A stretch of DNA of 62,015 bases, counting the filler, from Choristocarpus tenellus KU-1152 (taxonomy: Eukaryota; Protista; Phaeophyceae), in the NCBI GenBank assembly GCA_964200185.2. It is 14 parts of 14 records of this genome, joined end to end, with 100 filler letters (N's around TTAATTAATTAA, not from the genome) between each part and the next. Parts side by side here need not be neighbours in the genome. Positions count along the whole stretch, not along the records: positions 12,413 to 15,316 come from CAXNAD020023767.1; positions 15,417 to 20,219 come from CAXNAD020013003.1; positions 20,320 to 24,359 come from CAXNAD020016534.1; positions 24,460 to 27,733 come from CAXNAD020021116.1; 10 more parts are not named here. One strand, written 5' to 3'. This document shows positions 12,663-25,671 of this stretch, piece by piece (the stretch's first letter is position 1; every line of letters begins with the position of its first letter). The notes below the pieces were generated by a model. It did not search any database, was not told the DNA's origin, and was given only the letters and a program-made list of their open reading frames with translations. Position numbers and translations under genes: made by a program.

Positions 12663-15416
12663 GTAGGTATCGCTGTGGGGGATGTGCCCGTTCTAGTGTG
12701 TGCCCTTGGATGTCTCTGCTGTTCTGGGGCATTCGGGAGATGGTATTGTGTATTTTAGTCCTCATTGCAAGCTTGATGCTGAGGGCTTGTAGTTTGTTTG
12801 TTGGAGGAGTATTCACTTGAGGGGCATGTATTATTTGTGGAGTGGTTTGATGTGGGCTGTGCATCAATTACATGGGTCCCCATTGATTTTAAGAGCAATG
12901 TTGTGTTACACACAGGTGTGCGAGTTTTTGTAGGTGCGTGTAGCTCGATCGCTAAGTTAGTGGGAATAGATCAAATGAACACATAGCTAGGGTATGTAGA
13001 GGTGGGTCATGAGTAGGGGGAATCCTTGGATGTCAGAATCAACCAGGCTGACAAAGAGACAACAAGAAAGTGCCTTGATGTACCTGTTCCAGTTTTTTTT
13101 TCCGTGGTGTTTGGCACTCTAGTGCCAACGCCTCCTTCAAATATGTATTTACCTTGACAAGAGCTTTTCCGACTGGTTACATATTTTTTAATTTTAGGAC
13201 TTCCTTCTCGAGATGGTGAGTACTATTTCTTGGGGTGCTATTAATTACCATTAACTCTTTTGGGTGTGGAATCATCTTTTTTTTTTAGTGTTAGGGTGGA
13301 TTGCGGTGATTGTGTGAACTCTGGTAGGCACAACCACGTTTGAGTATCGACAGAACCAAAGGGCTGACCGAATTTTAGATGCATAGTGGTGAGTATCACT
13401 TGCAGTATGTAATTTTTGACCCACCGGAAGAGACTCAGGGAGAACAGCATGTACCGCATTCAGGACTCTACAAACTCCAATTCTATTCTAACATCCAAAC
13501 ACACATCAATGACCAGAGTTCGATTTGAAGTAAGGGCAGCAAGTACACGTCCATCCACCCCTCTTACCCATCCAGAAATATGGCGGATGGACTCTCTCCT
13601 TCAATCTGCCCAACCCATGAATATTCCGCTCCTGTTATTGCCATCCTATTCCACTCTCTCAGTTCAAGGAGATATTATGGATGTTGGGATTCCCCTTGAT
13701 GCTCTCCGCTCAGGGAGGGCCGAATGCCCAAGAGGTTTCCAACCCATGTTCCCTCTGGGGGATGGGAGGGGGGGGCTCTTGACCAGGCAACGATGGCGTG
13801 GTGGAGAGGAATACATGCAGCACGTTCCGCATATAGGTAGGCGTTATGGGCAGGAGGGTTTGAAATGGTTGGGGAAGTAGATGGAATAACATAATTTAAC
13901 CACAGTTTCACCTCAATGAATCAAACATACAACACAGTGAATCAATGACCCCAAGCAAGATTTTCAAGACGCAGTGCCTACCCTGAGGTACATTGAATAA
14001 CACGCACTAGAAATCTCTGCCTGTTTTTGCCTTAAATTTCCAATTGCGGGATTTCAAATGACCTCATCCCATCACTCCAGACATGTGCTGCTTCCTTCCA
14101 AGGCTTTAATGTTTTTGTTTTTTTGTTTTCCGTTGTGTCGCCTACGAATTTGGAAGTTTACCCCCCTCCCCACCAACTTGGAAGTCAACAGTCGGAAGAG
14201 AGGCATGACCTTACGCACTTGCCCTGAGCCAGGATGAGTGATTCCACATACAGCACACCATCCACAGTTCCTTTGTTGGTCGTGCTACTGTACTGCCAAC
14301 TGAACTGAAACCACATTATTGTTCGTTGGTTGCTTCCTCGGGAGGGGGGGGCTTAACCCACCTATTTGGTGTGGTTTGCGACTCGGGTGCTGTTTTGTGG
14401 AAGAAATAGGAGAGTGTTTTTGTCGCTCATTTTTTTTTTTTTACGAATGCCGTATCTCACGCTTTGCTTTTATATCACGAGTTAACCCACCACCTCTAGC
14501 TCTTTTTCTTTTTTTTGTGGGGGTGGAAGTGGATGACATGAGGTGTAATCGGGAAAGTTTTGACAAACAACAAGGTGATGAGAGGGACGGTGGGGGGGTT
14601 GTACTCTGTGTGGATAAGCCGTTACAATGGATGGGAGCGGGCATTTCTGGTTGTCTTCTGGAGCATCTATTTATTGTAACCTTGACAGACATTGTGTTGT
14701 GCTGAGATGTTACGTTGGAGTTGGAGTTACCTGCAGGAAGAGTGGGATGATACCACTCAACATGGCTCTTGTTATTCTCTCCTGTGTGAAATGGTCTCCT
14801 GTGGACAGGAAGGCGTATTATAGCAAGGTTGATAGTGTAGGAGAGGTTTTATATCGAATAGATCCTGGTGGCGTCAATCAATGTAGTGCACTGACTCTCC
14901 GTTGTTTTTTTTCCTTTTTTTCAAATTTGATTTTTGTGCCATTTCTGCTGCCTTCAAAAAAATATTTTGTTACATAATTTGTAATAATTATTATTATACT
15001 GCTCCTTGCACATCTCTAGAGTTGCTCTTATGACTGTTGTTGTAGAAGTGTTTTGCGAACCAGGAGACACGATGGTGGAGAGGGGTAGGTTCCATATTGT
15101 GTTTTGCGGGGGGGGGTAGGGGAAGGATCTAGCTTCCTGGGGATACAGACTTGCTTTAAGTTTGAACAGATCGCCTACCCAGTGCATTCATTGCCTTTTT
15201 GATCGAATTAATCAGGACCCATCCTAACCCCGTCATAGCACAAGCACTACACAAGACAAAGCCCCCCCCCCCCCCCCCCCCCCCCACCCCTTAAAAAAAA
15301 AAAGGGCACAAAGGCGNNNNNNNNNNNNNNNNNNNNNNNNNNNNNNNNNNNNNNNNNNNNTTAATTAATTAANNNNNNNNNNNNNNNNNNNNNNNNNNNN
15401 NNNNNNNNNNNNNNNN

Positions 15417-15457
15417 CCCAAATGGACGCGGCTCTACCCTCTCAGATACTTTGGCTC
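15417..15457. mobile_element. MITE family A terminal fragment at a contig edge
   Basis: CCCAAATGGACGCGGCTCTACCCTCTCAGATACTTTGGCTC. Confidence 0.8.
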
Positions 15458-15854
15458 GGAAGCGCCCATCAAAATGTGTGGAAACTGGGGTGACAAGCAT
15501 GCCTAACCATAACAAATCAAGCTGTACATAAGATTGTGAGCAACAAACACATACCGATTTTGACACATGACCAGAGGATATATGACCATCATACTTGTGA
15601 TGGGATGGAAAGAAATAGAAGATGGATTTCAATGAAAATAATCCATAGGAATCTTCATCACCAACTGTTAGTCAACGTCCCAAAGGTGATACTTTATCAT
15701 ATGTGTTGTCCTTTTTTCACCACCTCGCCCATACCTACACTCCCTACCCAAGGTCTTCACTGTCCCAGTCCCTCTCATCTGTTTTTTGTCCTCTGATGTT
15801 CCAAGCCTTAACTTCCCCACAATGTATTCCCCAATTTTTTTACAGACTGCTCAC

Positions 15855-18450
15855 CAAGTCTCGTGATCTCATCTCCCATACCCTGAGCTCCCCCTCCCTC
15901 CCTCCTGTCATGATGTATCGCTGGTTATGACTAATGGCAAGACTTGTCACACCACCTGCATGAGCATTGCTAATACTCCACAGAGCTTGGCCACTATCAG
16001 TATCATGTGTCCGAATTTGCCCATCCAGCCACCCACTCAGCAGCAAATCCTGCTCTCACCAACCCCAAAACCATGTATTGCCATTGACAATGAAAAAAGC
16101 ATGGGAACATTTATTTTTAAAACAGAGGGTGTGTTCACCTGACAGGCCAAAGAGAGCTGCAATTGGTTATTGCTAAAGAGGACTAGAGACATAGAAAAAG
16201 GAACGTTGTGTATATTGAAGTAGGGAGAACTTAAGCAGGGGACAAAAAGATCTGCCAGAATATGTTTGTCGAGTGGACTTTACCAAGGAGCAAATCTTCT
16301 CCCAGGTAAATATGTAGCATGAGCTGAGGAGGAAAAAAGGTCCAGTGCTTGGATCATAATAACTGCCAAACTTGTCTGAAGACCATAGGGCTATGATATG
16401 TGATACTGCTGAGATCTACGTAAGTGCGATATATGATCTTGAACACAAGACTCTTGAACAAGGCATTTTGTAACCACTTTATTCCCAACTGGTCAAATCT
16501 ATTCTGCTCCAAACTCTTAATGCAAGTATAGACAAATGTTCCCTTACCTGAGTCAAGACCATGCACAATGGCTTCCCAGCATCCCTCACCACTGCTGTTG
16601 TCAACACTCTATAGTCTGACACATCCCAAATCCTCAAAGTGCCATCTTCCGATGCTGTTGCAAATCGATCTGACACACCCAGAGCGTAGCTAACACATGT
16701 CACACTCCCACAGTGACTCTCGCTGACCACCAGGGAGGACAATGTTTCCATCAGTATACGGTACATTCTACCTTGGTTGGTGCCAGCCACAATCTGGCAA
16801 TGCAAGGAAATTATCAACGTAAAGTAAGTTCGCAACAGTGTGAACATCAAGGAGGGATAGACTGTCCTGTACCCTGTGAAGGGTTCCTCCACAAGGGATA
16901 AACAGAAGAACTTAATGCAAGTCCATGCAGCTACCATAGTACTCGAAGAGTGTCTAACTTCATATTGTTCACACCCTACCCTCTCTTTCTACCTGTGTCA
17001 TATCCATTGGGTCTCATTTATTATCTCTACACAATTCAGACATATCACAGTCTCAGTGGCCCTGAGACGTCACCTCAGATCTGTCAGGACTGAAGGACAT
17101 TGCGACAACCCCGCCCTGTAAGGTTGTCTGGGCAAAGTCTCTCGATCTCAAATCAAACAATGTCACCGTCCCATCGCCACCACCTGTCACAGTCCCCTGG
17201 GGGTGACAGAGGAGAGAGAGCACCCCAAGCCGAGCAGCTGGTACTGCACGCCCGACAGACTTCGTCCGCATGTCCACTGTTATGAAATCTCCTGTGGAGG
17301 TCGCACAACACAATGACTCCTTGTCCTCTGAGAAAGTTAATACTGTAATGTCCCTCACAAGTGTGCCTCGAGCTTCACACACAATACGCTCACGTGATAT
17401 GTCACCCGTGTATGGGTTCAGGCACCACAACACAATTTTCTTATCACCAGCGGTCGCAAGCAAGTGGTCGCGGGTATCTCGTCGCTTCACGTCCCTTGTT
17501 TGATATTTGCCACGTGTACATAGGGCAATTGAACCACGCAAGAAAGTTTGAACAGTGTTGCATGAGGTTAGGCATCACATTTTTCGATAACGTCAGTGCG
17601 TGTAGGGGGGACAAATTATCCCGAAGAAGTGACGTAACCTGACAGGTGTAGAGAGGAAGTGTTTCGCACCTTACCATACCTCCCCAGGCAACAGCTGTGG
17701 TGGGGACTGGGTCATGCTGTGCAATAGTGACAATACACCCATTTGACACATCCCAGATTAGTATCTTCCTGTCCTCCAGCGAGCCGATGGTGCACAGGAG
17801 TCGATCATCATCTGAGAAAGCAACAGCGGTAACCCCATGATCGTGCTCCGACATACGGTAGAGTAAAGACTGCTTGTCGAAGCTCCAAATTATTGCGTCA
17901 GAATTTTCACCCCCCTGGCCTGATGCTACGTACCTGACATTGGAAGGTGGTGCAGATTTTTTTTTTATCAGGAAATCTCCATCGGACACCAACGCAGGGA
18001 GCTGGATCTACAGCTTGACTGTCGCCAACACTGTCTAGTTCCATTCGATCAGCCCAATGTCAACTTTGATTCTCTCGCTTTGAGTGAAAAAATTGTTTTG
18101 CGTGCGATTGGACAGGAAAATGAATCTGCTGTAAGGGAAGGGTACTATTATTCATTCGCAAAGGAAAATCTCGGCTCTCGGTGGTACCTTCCAGACTTAC
18201 TGAGGGCGATGCAATTTATCATGCCATCGTGGCCCCTCAGAATTCCTTGCATGTGTGGCTCGTTGAGGTCACTGATCACAATCGTGCCCCCTGCTGCGTA
18301 AACGACGTCCTTCCCATTAGGGTGATAGAATAGACCCCCCCGAAGTCCCAAGTATCCAATGGCGCGCTCTCTTTCTATCGACAAGTTGTTCGTTCTGAGA
18401 TGATCTTCCTCATCCGAGTTGTCTCCGCCCTTAAGTGGATCCCCTGACAT
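15855..18450 (-). CDS. CFAP52: WD40-repeat protein, CFAP52/WDR16-like; exons 18450-18188, 17933-17670, 17494-17074, 16793-16548, 16049-15855; 3' end missing
   Basis: In-phase GT-AG junctions. N-terminus ERAIGY..GLFYHPNG..VVYAAG..LRGHDGMINCIALSKSGRYVASGQ parallels CFAP52; several GH/WD repeats; may be a paralog rather than the ortholog. Confidence 0.8.
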
Positions 18451-18809
18451 ATCTATGCACGATACTATCACCTAGGAAGTAGCTGTGTACGAAAATTTGG
18501 GAATTTGATCTTGTGGTGAAAAGATATTTGATAACGCATTGCCGTTAAACACCGCCATCCATGGTGGTGAAACTTGTTGGATTGATTCTTTGTTCAAAAT
18601 GAGCAGTCAGTAGTTGTGCTGTCTCTCAACAATGTCAAGTTGACTGCCGTGTAGTCAAACTTGCGCACAGAGTAGATGCATGGAGGATTTGGGGCAATGA
18701 AAGCTGGAAAGTTCTAGAGCTAGAGATTTAAGACATACTTATTGCACGTGAACGTGCATCGGACATAATCTATTCACACAATCGTAGAAATTCTACCTCT
18801 ATACTCTCC
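18451..18809. promoter_or_regulatory. Probable bidirectional promoter/5'UTRs (359 bp)
   Basis: Lies between divergent ATGs at 18450 (-) and 18810 (+); no transposon sequence recognised. Confidence 0.55.
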
Positions 18810-20102
18810 ATGTTTGATTTTGGAGACTCTGATATGGATTCATCTATCTCGAGCGCTGGCGAGGAGCACCTGTTCGTTGGCCTGGATATAGGTGGAACTA
18901 ACCTTAAAGCAGGAATCGTTAAGGGAGACTCGGGGGAGGTCCTGTGTAGTCAGACTGAAGCCCTGCCTTCATCTCCATCGTCGAGAAAACCGGATGTGAG
19001 ATGAGCACTCGTACAGGGTCGTCCAGTGCGGATAGATTGCAATGTAATGCGCACGTCTTCTCCAATACTGAAATACCCCGCCCTATGTCATACCCACGTT
19101 CCTGACTGTCTTGCCTCCCTCATCTCTCGTCGACAGGCCTTAGTTTCCATGCTGGTGGCTCTAGGCAATAGTGTCCTTGCTGAAGAAGGTCTCTCTTGGA
19201 TGGATGTGACTGCTGTTGGAGTGGCTTGCCCAGGACAGATAAAGAGGTAGAGGATACTCTGAGCACGATGAAGTTCTTGCTCTCTTTGCCGAACACAACT
19301 GATGTTGGTCAACCAAATGTAGACGTCGTTGGGATTCCGACCAAGGCGCTCGCGTATACGAGGCAGGCCAAGGCAGACTTTGTGGAACCCTCAAAGCTCA
19401 CCCTGCCCATCCCACGATCCACCGGTTGCCCACTCATCCCCTGTCAAAATTGGTAAGAGAGATTGGTGTCGTCGTTGGCACCAGCACATTCCCTGGGTGG
19501 TCTAACGTTCCACTGGCCGCACACGTCCAGGAAGCCACAGGCAGACCGGTGAGGTTAAGAATTATGGGTATTGACATTTTTCTATTTTTTCAATAGAAGG
19601 AGAGAGTAGAGGTTGTGTGGGCAGATCTCTGGAGATTAATAGTGAGGGACCGGCTGTGCCTATTGTGACTAGAAATGGAAACTGAATCAAGAACTTGTTT
19701 TGACTTGATAAAGTAGCATTGGAGGAAATACTTTTGCAGAAACATTCTGTCTCATTACTCACATCTCGGACTATCACTGCAAATGGAGGAGGGGGATTGG
19801 AGGACTGGTGTTTTGTGAAGACAACTTGATGGAACTGCAGTTGCAATCTCACCTGTATCAAGCATTCGTTTGTTGATGGTTATTGATACTCTTTTTCTAA
19901 GTGGTAGTTTGGAATAATAGATTGATACTGTGTGACTATCTCCCCTGTATACTGATGCACCAAATTTACCTGTTGCTAAATCATCCCTTACTGTTTCAAC
20001 CTTCCCCTAATGCCCTATAGACAACTGTACTAAATGATGCTTCTGCAGCTGCATCAGCTGAGTATGCTGGCATGAGTGGCGAAGACACGATTGTTGTACT
20101 GA
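18810..20102 (+). CDS. ROK-family sugar kinase (glucokinase-like); exons 18810-18995, 19137-19246, 19458-19548, 20021-20102; 3' end missing
   Basis: GLDIGGTNLKAGIV phosphate-1 motif, GVACPG, FPGWSNVPL and LNDASAAASAE are hallmark ROK motifs; junctions in phase. Confidence 0.88.
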
Positions 20103-20319
20103 GTGAGTCTATCCCCCCATGCATGCACTACCCCCAACCACTCCCCCACTGCCACACTCCTTTACACTCACCTCTATTTCTACAATCAACACCTAACCTT
20201 GAGGAGACTATGCACGGCANNNNNNNNNNNNNNNNNNNNNNNNNNNNNNNNNNNNNNNNNNNNTTAATTAATTAANNNNNNNNNNNNNNNNNNNNNNNNN
20301 NNNNNNNNNNNNNNNNNNN

Positions 20320-21248
20320 CCTGCTACAACTGTCGACTACTAAGATATTCTACACCTGGGTTTTCGCTTAGACGTTTCCTGAGTGCAAGGGCACGTAGTC
20401 ACACTGCTCTCCTCCCCAACCTTCCTTTTGGGCGACCACCCCTGTTCTCCCTTCTTTGCCTGCCGTGACCAGACTCCCCCACAGATTTCGTCACTGTACC
20501 ACACCTGATGATGGACTCGCCGCTGTCTTCCTACTTTCCCAAGGCAGCAGAGACTGCAGAGCAGTGCTCCGACGTGGTATGTTTGTGTGGTAATGCTTTC
20601 AATGCATCTTCTCTCAGCGTCAGCGTCGCAACCGCGTGATCCATTTCACAATTTGATCAAGCTGCTGCACCACATTACTTGCACTTTCTCGTCACCAAAC
20701 ATCGCACTGAGTGTCACACGGTACTTGCTTTTCCATCGCCTCTCGACAGAGAAGGTGCCGAGGGTAGATCCAGGGGGCAGAGTGGCCTCGATGGCTCCCC
20801 TTGTCTCACCGTCATGGTTCATGTTGTTGTGTAAGTCACGTGTTTATGTGCTCACAAAAAGTCTGCAAAAGGCATTAAAAAGAGGAAAGTCTTGGAGCTT
20901 TTTTCTTCTTTTTGGGGGGTGAGAGCCGCACCAGTCAAACTTAGGCAGTGACATACCCCAGACCAGTATTCTGCAAGGAGTTCAGCCAACCACTTCATTT
21001 TTTTCCGTTTTTGAAGTCGTGACCTACCCTTCAAAATTGCGTCGAAGATATTCCCCCGCGTTTTTGTCATTATTTTCTCGGGAAATAGTTCCCGTTCACC
21101 GAAGTTTCTACATTCCTGCATACAAACCTTCAAAAGGTCCTGTCATAAGCTTTCACTTGATATATATATATATATTTGTATATCTGTTTTGGCATTCCGG
21201 TGAACAAAAGCAGAACCGCCACAGGGGGCGAAGCTACTGGTACCACCT
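20320..21248 (-). mobile_element. IS630/Tc1/mariner (ITm)-type transposon, 5' part, copy 1
   Basis: Collinear with 23300-24170 and 53850-54802; ends in TIR GGCGAAGCTACTGGTACCACCT followed by TA. Confidence 0.75.
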
Positions 21249-21696
21249 TAGTATATATGGAGGTGAGGTCTTTAATCTTTGTGTTGTAGGAATCAATCGA
21301 CGTCTGTATCTGATTGAAACCCAAAACACCAACCCTTCGACCTCAACATTCTCACCTCCATAACTTCATCTTTCAATCAAACATTCAACAACCCCCTAAA
21401 CCATTCCATTCAATGTACCCACAGAAATCCAACAAAAAAATCTTCAAAACAATTTGCATTCACATACTTAAGTGCAAGGGAGGGGCATACCCCACATCTT
21501 ATTGTTCTGGTTTGACGTACTGGAAGTAGAGGAGTTTTGTGTTGTATTCGATCTTTTTTGTTTTGTTTTCCCTTTTGTTTTACCCTATTTGGAATACAGT
21601 CACTCACTCCCCCATTTGCAAACTATCCATTTCTGATTTTATTTTCACTTACGTTAACTGCACCATACTGTCTCCTTTCTCTTGACATCCCTCAAG

Positions 21697-21836
21697 GTCA
21701 TGGTCTGCCCCTGTTTATTGATACCTTAAGCTCGGCTAGCACATGGCCGGGCCTGGGCAATGTTTTTGATGCACTGGCACAGCGACATCTAGCCAAGACA
21801 TCACTGCTACCCACATCAAAGAACCTGCTGCTTCCT
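21697..21836 (+). CDS. Putative internal exon of an unknown gene between transposon copies
   Basis: Long polypyrimidine tract, AG acceptor, open frame GHGLPLFIDTLSS...KNLLLP, GTACG donor. Confidence 0.4.
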
Positions 21837-22001
21837 GTACGGAGTGCTTTTCTCTGACCCAACGGTAATCCTCTCTCCTGTCCAGGGTCCCAGAGAGATC
21901 CCATGGCAATGCCCTTCTCTTTACCCCATGATTCTAAAATGCTTGCACAGGTTCTTAATCCTTTATGCACTTAGTGTGACTGATACTACTAATTGTCCTT
22001 T

Positions 22002-22253
22002 GAGTGAAAGTATCTTAGAGGGTACGAGTTTTGTCCTGTTTGTCCATTTTGGGCTTGGCTTCCCTAGGGGTTCTTACGACATTTTCCTATTCCAAAATAT
22101 TTTGGAGTAGGTAAAATGTATACGTCATGAAAAGGTGTGTCTGGAACAAGGTTATTGACACTTCCCAACAAACACCATAGTCAAAATTACATCAGAATCG
22201 CAACATTGAATTTTGGGTCCCAAATGGACGCGGCTCTACCCTCAAAGTCACTG
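22002..22253. mobile_element. MITE family A (reverse orientation), abutting an ITm TIR
   Basis: Starts GAGTGAAAGTATCTTAGAGGGTACG; reverse complement of the 394/3512 copies. Confidence 0.85.
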
Positions 22254-22255
22254 TA

Positions 22256-24170
22256 TAGTGGTAGCAGTACCTTCGCCCTCTAGGATTGTCCCGTCATAAC
22301 TTTTAATGTAGACATCGAATTAAAATTTAAAAAGCATATTTCTGATATCCGTTACAAGGTCCTCCAGACTACGGGCTTCGTTGTTGTTTTTGCGCCATTT
22401 TTTTTATTTTTTGAAAAAAGAGTGCCATATTGGGATTCGAATCATGGATTGCACATCACCAAGAGTGGCAACTGATGAACTATTACTTGATTAAAGTATA
22501 GGGTTCAGCCAGGAAAAAAGCCTCCCCACCCTTTCTTCCGCTGTGTTCGCGCACCCACTTTTAGACCTCGGCAAGGATGTCCTCGTCGAGGCTCAGAACG
22601 AAACGCTTCTCGTAGCGCCCTTGCTCCGATACCTTGACGTGGCCCTTAGTTAGGAAGTCTCTCTCCCATTTACTCACAGTTTCCGACTTGACCATTGCAT
22701 ATCCTGCTGCCATCTCAAGCGCCGTTTGATGGTCTTTCTTGTTGTTCATACACAGGTACAGGATTCGCAGTGTTAGAGCCTTTACTATCACATTCGTTCT
22801 GAGCACCGGAAATGGGCATTGTCCGTGTTTCCTGGACGGGTGGTAATTTATCATCAAGGCTCAAGGGTGAGGGAGGACAGGCTTGAGTTGATCGACAATT
22901 GTGTTGATATCTCAAATGAATGCAGGTGGGGAGAAAGCCTTCAACTTTATACGTACGTCCAACCCCAAGTCCAGGAACAAAAGCGAATGTACGGCATCTT
23001 GCAAGAAGTGGGAGACACCAAAATATTGGTGTGCAAATAGTCTCAATCTCATCTCCTTTTCTTCCCTGGTGTCCTTGTCGATGGCTACCTCCACCTACTT
23101 CGCAACCTCTTGTAAGTAAGGGTTTTGGTGATATCGAAAAGTCTCCACAGCTGCCTTTGTTACGATCGCTTTCTCCTTCGCCTTGCGAGCCCTTTAGACC
23201 TTCTTTCGGGATTCAGAGCCCTTGTAGCCCAACTCTAACACCTTCTTTCTCTTTTCCTTTAGCTACTCCCGCTCACACAGCTTCCAAACAGCTAGGGCCT
23301 AATGCAACTGTCGACTACTAAGGTATTCTACACCCGAGTTTTCGCTTAGACGTTTCCTGAGTGCAAGGACACGCATTCGCACTGCTCTCCTCCCCAACCT
23401 TCCGATTGGGCGGCCACCCCGGTTCTCCCTTTGTCCACCGTGACCAGCTTCCTCACAGACTTCGTCACTCTCCACCTGGTGATGGACTCGCCGCTGTCTT
23501 CCTGTTTTCCCGGGGCGGCAGAGACTGCAGAGCTGTGCTCCGACATGGTTGAAGATCCATCCATGTTTGTGTGGTAATGCTTTCAGTGCATCTTCTCTCA
23601 GCGTCAGCGTCGCCACCGCGTGATCCATTTCGCGATTTGATCAAGCTGCTGCACCACACTACTCGCACTTTCTCGTCACCAAACATCGCACTGAGTGTCA
23701 CACGGTACTTGCTTTTCCGTCGCCTCTCGACAGAGAAGGTGCCGAGGGTAGATCCAGGGGGCAGAGTGGCCTCTGCAGCTCTCCTCGTCTCATCGTCGTG
23801 GTTCAAGTTGCAGTGTGGGTCACGTGTGTGTGTGCTCAAAGAATATCTGCAAATGACGGAAAAGAGATGTCCGCAAATCTTGGGTTTTTTCGGTGCACAC
23901 ACGCCGACCAGACTTGGGCAGTGACGTACCCCAGACCAGTATTCTGTAAGGAGTTCAGCCAACCGCTTCATTTTTTTTCCGTTGTTGAAGTCGTGGCCTT
24001 CAAATTTGCGCCGGAGATGTTCCCCCGCGTTTTGGTCATTCTTTGATCGGGACATAGCTCCCGTTCCCTGAAGTTAGGATTTGTGGATACAAACTTCCAA
24101 AAGCTCTTGTCATAAGCTTCATTTGATATATATATATATATTGTTGTATTATTCTTGTGACGAGACGGTG
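22256..24170 (-). mobile_element. ITm-type transposon, internally deleted copy 2
   Basis: Left TIR TA|TAGTGGTAGCAGTACCTTCGCCCTC is the inverse of the 21248/54802 ends. Pseudo-ORF includes an HTH-like TVSKWERDFLTKGHVKVSEQGRY...DEDILAEV; DDE domain absent. Confidence 0.75.
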
Positions 24171-24174
24171 AAAA

Positions 24175-24359
24175 GGCTCAAAGTGTCAGGGGGGGGGTGG
24201 CGGCTGTCCATTTGGGGTCAATTTTTTCATGTCACAATTTTTGTGTGATCTGTGGTGGCGGCATACATCGGATGGATAATATAAGTGCCTTTTCCTGGTC
24301 AAGTCCCAAAGCGACACCCTGGTGTTGAAGCACCACCCGACGCCCCCCCCCCCTACGCC
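24175..24359. mobile_element. MITE family B inserted near the end of ITm copy 2
   Basis: GGCTCAAAGTGTCAGGGGGGG..GGCTGTCCATTTGGGG; runs into the spacer at a poly-C tract. Confidence 0.8.
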
Positions 24360-24459
24360 NNNNNNNNNNNNNNNNNNNNNNNNNNNNNNNNNNNNNNNNN
24401 NNNTTAATTAATTAANNNNNNNNNNNNNNNNNNNNNNNNNNNNNNNNNNNNNNNNNNNN

Positions 24460-24844
24460 CGTTAGCACACCTAAATAGTTGCCAAGTTTGTCATCAATCT
24501 TGTTTTCTATTATGCAACCCAGTGATGATGTGTGTGGAGGGGGGGGGGAGCGGTAGAGGGTTAGAGTGGTGGAAATGGAGGGTATTGATTCTTGATTGCA
24601 GTTTTGAAGGTAAAATGATCAATACCTACCCGAATTCTCCAAATATCGGAAAATCGAAATGCCCCCATGCCATTGGATGAGCTCCACTGCTACTTGGGTG
24701 AAATGGAAACTCTGGAATGGTTTGTGGGCATCCAAGTAAAGTTTGGCTAAATCTGGTGATGCAAACTGCGTTAGCACACCTAAATAGTTGCCAAGTTTGT
24801 CATCAATCTTGTTTTCTATTATGCAACCCAGTGATGATGTGTGT
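24460..24844. repeat. ~75-bp exact direct duplication (from 24460 and from 24769)
   Basis: CGTTAGCACACCTAAATAG...GATGATGTGTGT occurs twice. Confidence 0.85.
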
Positions 24845-24985
24845 TGATCATTATGACCAAGTGATCCCTGCATCTGTTGTGATCATTTAAGAGCCGAACC
24901 CTCGAATCCATGTGCCTTGATGATGTTTACTTCTTTGCAGAACATTTGTGTATTTGTCAGCCTCCCTGCACATAATTCACGTGAG

Positions 24986-25149
24986 CCCTCACCCTCACCC
25001 TCACCCTAACCCTAACCCTAACCCTAACCCCTTTCATATCTCCGAAATGTTCCTGTCATTCCCATGACCACTCACCTACTTATGTCTGTACCCTACACCT
25101 CCACATGTTCTATCCAAACTCGCGCCCCACTGACCCTAACCCTAACCCC
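24986..25149 (+). repeat. Interstitial telomere-like repeats (CCCTCA)3(CCCTAA)4 at 24986-25030 and (CCCTAA)2 at 25134-25149
   Basis: Read directly from the sequence. Confidence 0.9.
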
Positions 25150-25180
25150 TATCCTCTTTGTCGCGGTCCAACCTTGCCAG

Positions 25181-25474
25181 GCGTTGGGTTCATCTGCGGC
25201 TTTCGTGGAGGAGATAAAGTCTCGCCTGCACTACCCCAAGGCCATCGTGGGCAAGACATTGCTTACCATGCTGCGGGCGGTACATCGACACCACCCCACC
25301 CCCCGGTCTCTTATCCGAGACTTTGATCTGTACCCTAGTGTGAGGGCCCTGGCAAGAAACGAGACACAGGTTCTGGTTGCCGAGATTGCCACCCAGCTTC
25401 TGCAGGAGTTTGACGAGGACAGCGACTCGCAGAGCGTGAGGATGAGTGCTTATTCAGACAAAGATAAGGAGTAA
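25181..25474 (+). CDS. Terminal exon of a MAP3K-epsilon / fission-yeast Cdc7-like kinase
   Basis: SRLHYPKAIVGKTLLTMLRAVHRHHPTPRSLI...QVLVAEIATQLL resembles the C-terminal RLxHxxAIxRxxLL..HHPxP..QVLVxxxAxxLL segment of MAP3K-epsilon; acceptor ttgccag; stop TAA. Confidence 0.75.
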   Translation, partial: ALGSSAAFVEEIKSRLHYPKAIVGKTLLTMLRAVHRHHPTPRSLIRDFDLYPSVRALARNETQVLVAEIATQLLQEFDEDSDSQSVRMSAYSDKDKE

Positions 25475-25624
25475 TAGTGGAAAGGGTCAACAGTGAGAGG
25501 ATGCTCCGGTTCATTTAACAGCGAAAATACTTTTCAGCGGGAGCATGGTTTGATTGTGTGCAGGCTCGTGCTTGGGTGCTCGAGAAGATCGTTCTGGTTA
25601 TTTCCTGCTGTGGCACCGGTCCCA

Positions 25625-25625
25625 G

Positions 25626-25671
<46 letters not shown>
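25625..25671. repeat. (GTT)n microsatellite
   Basis: About 15 perfect units. Confidence 0.95.
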
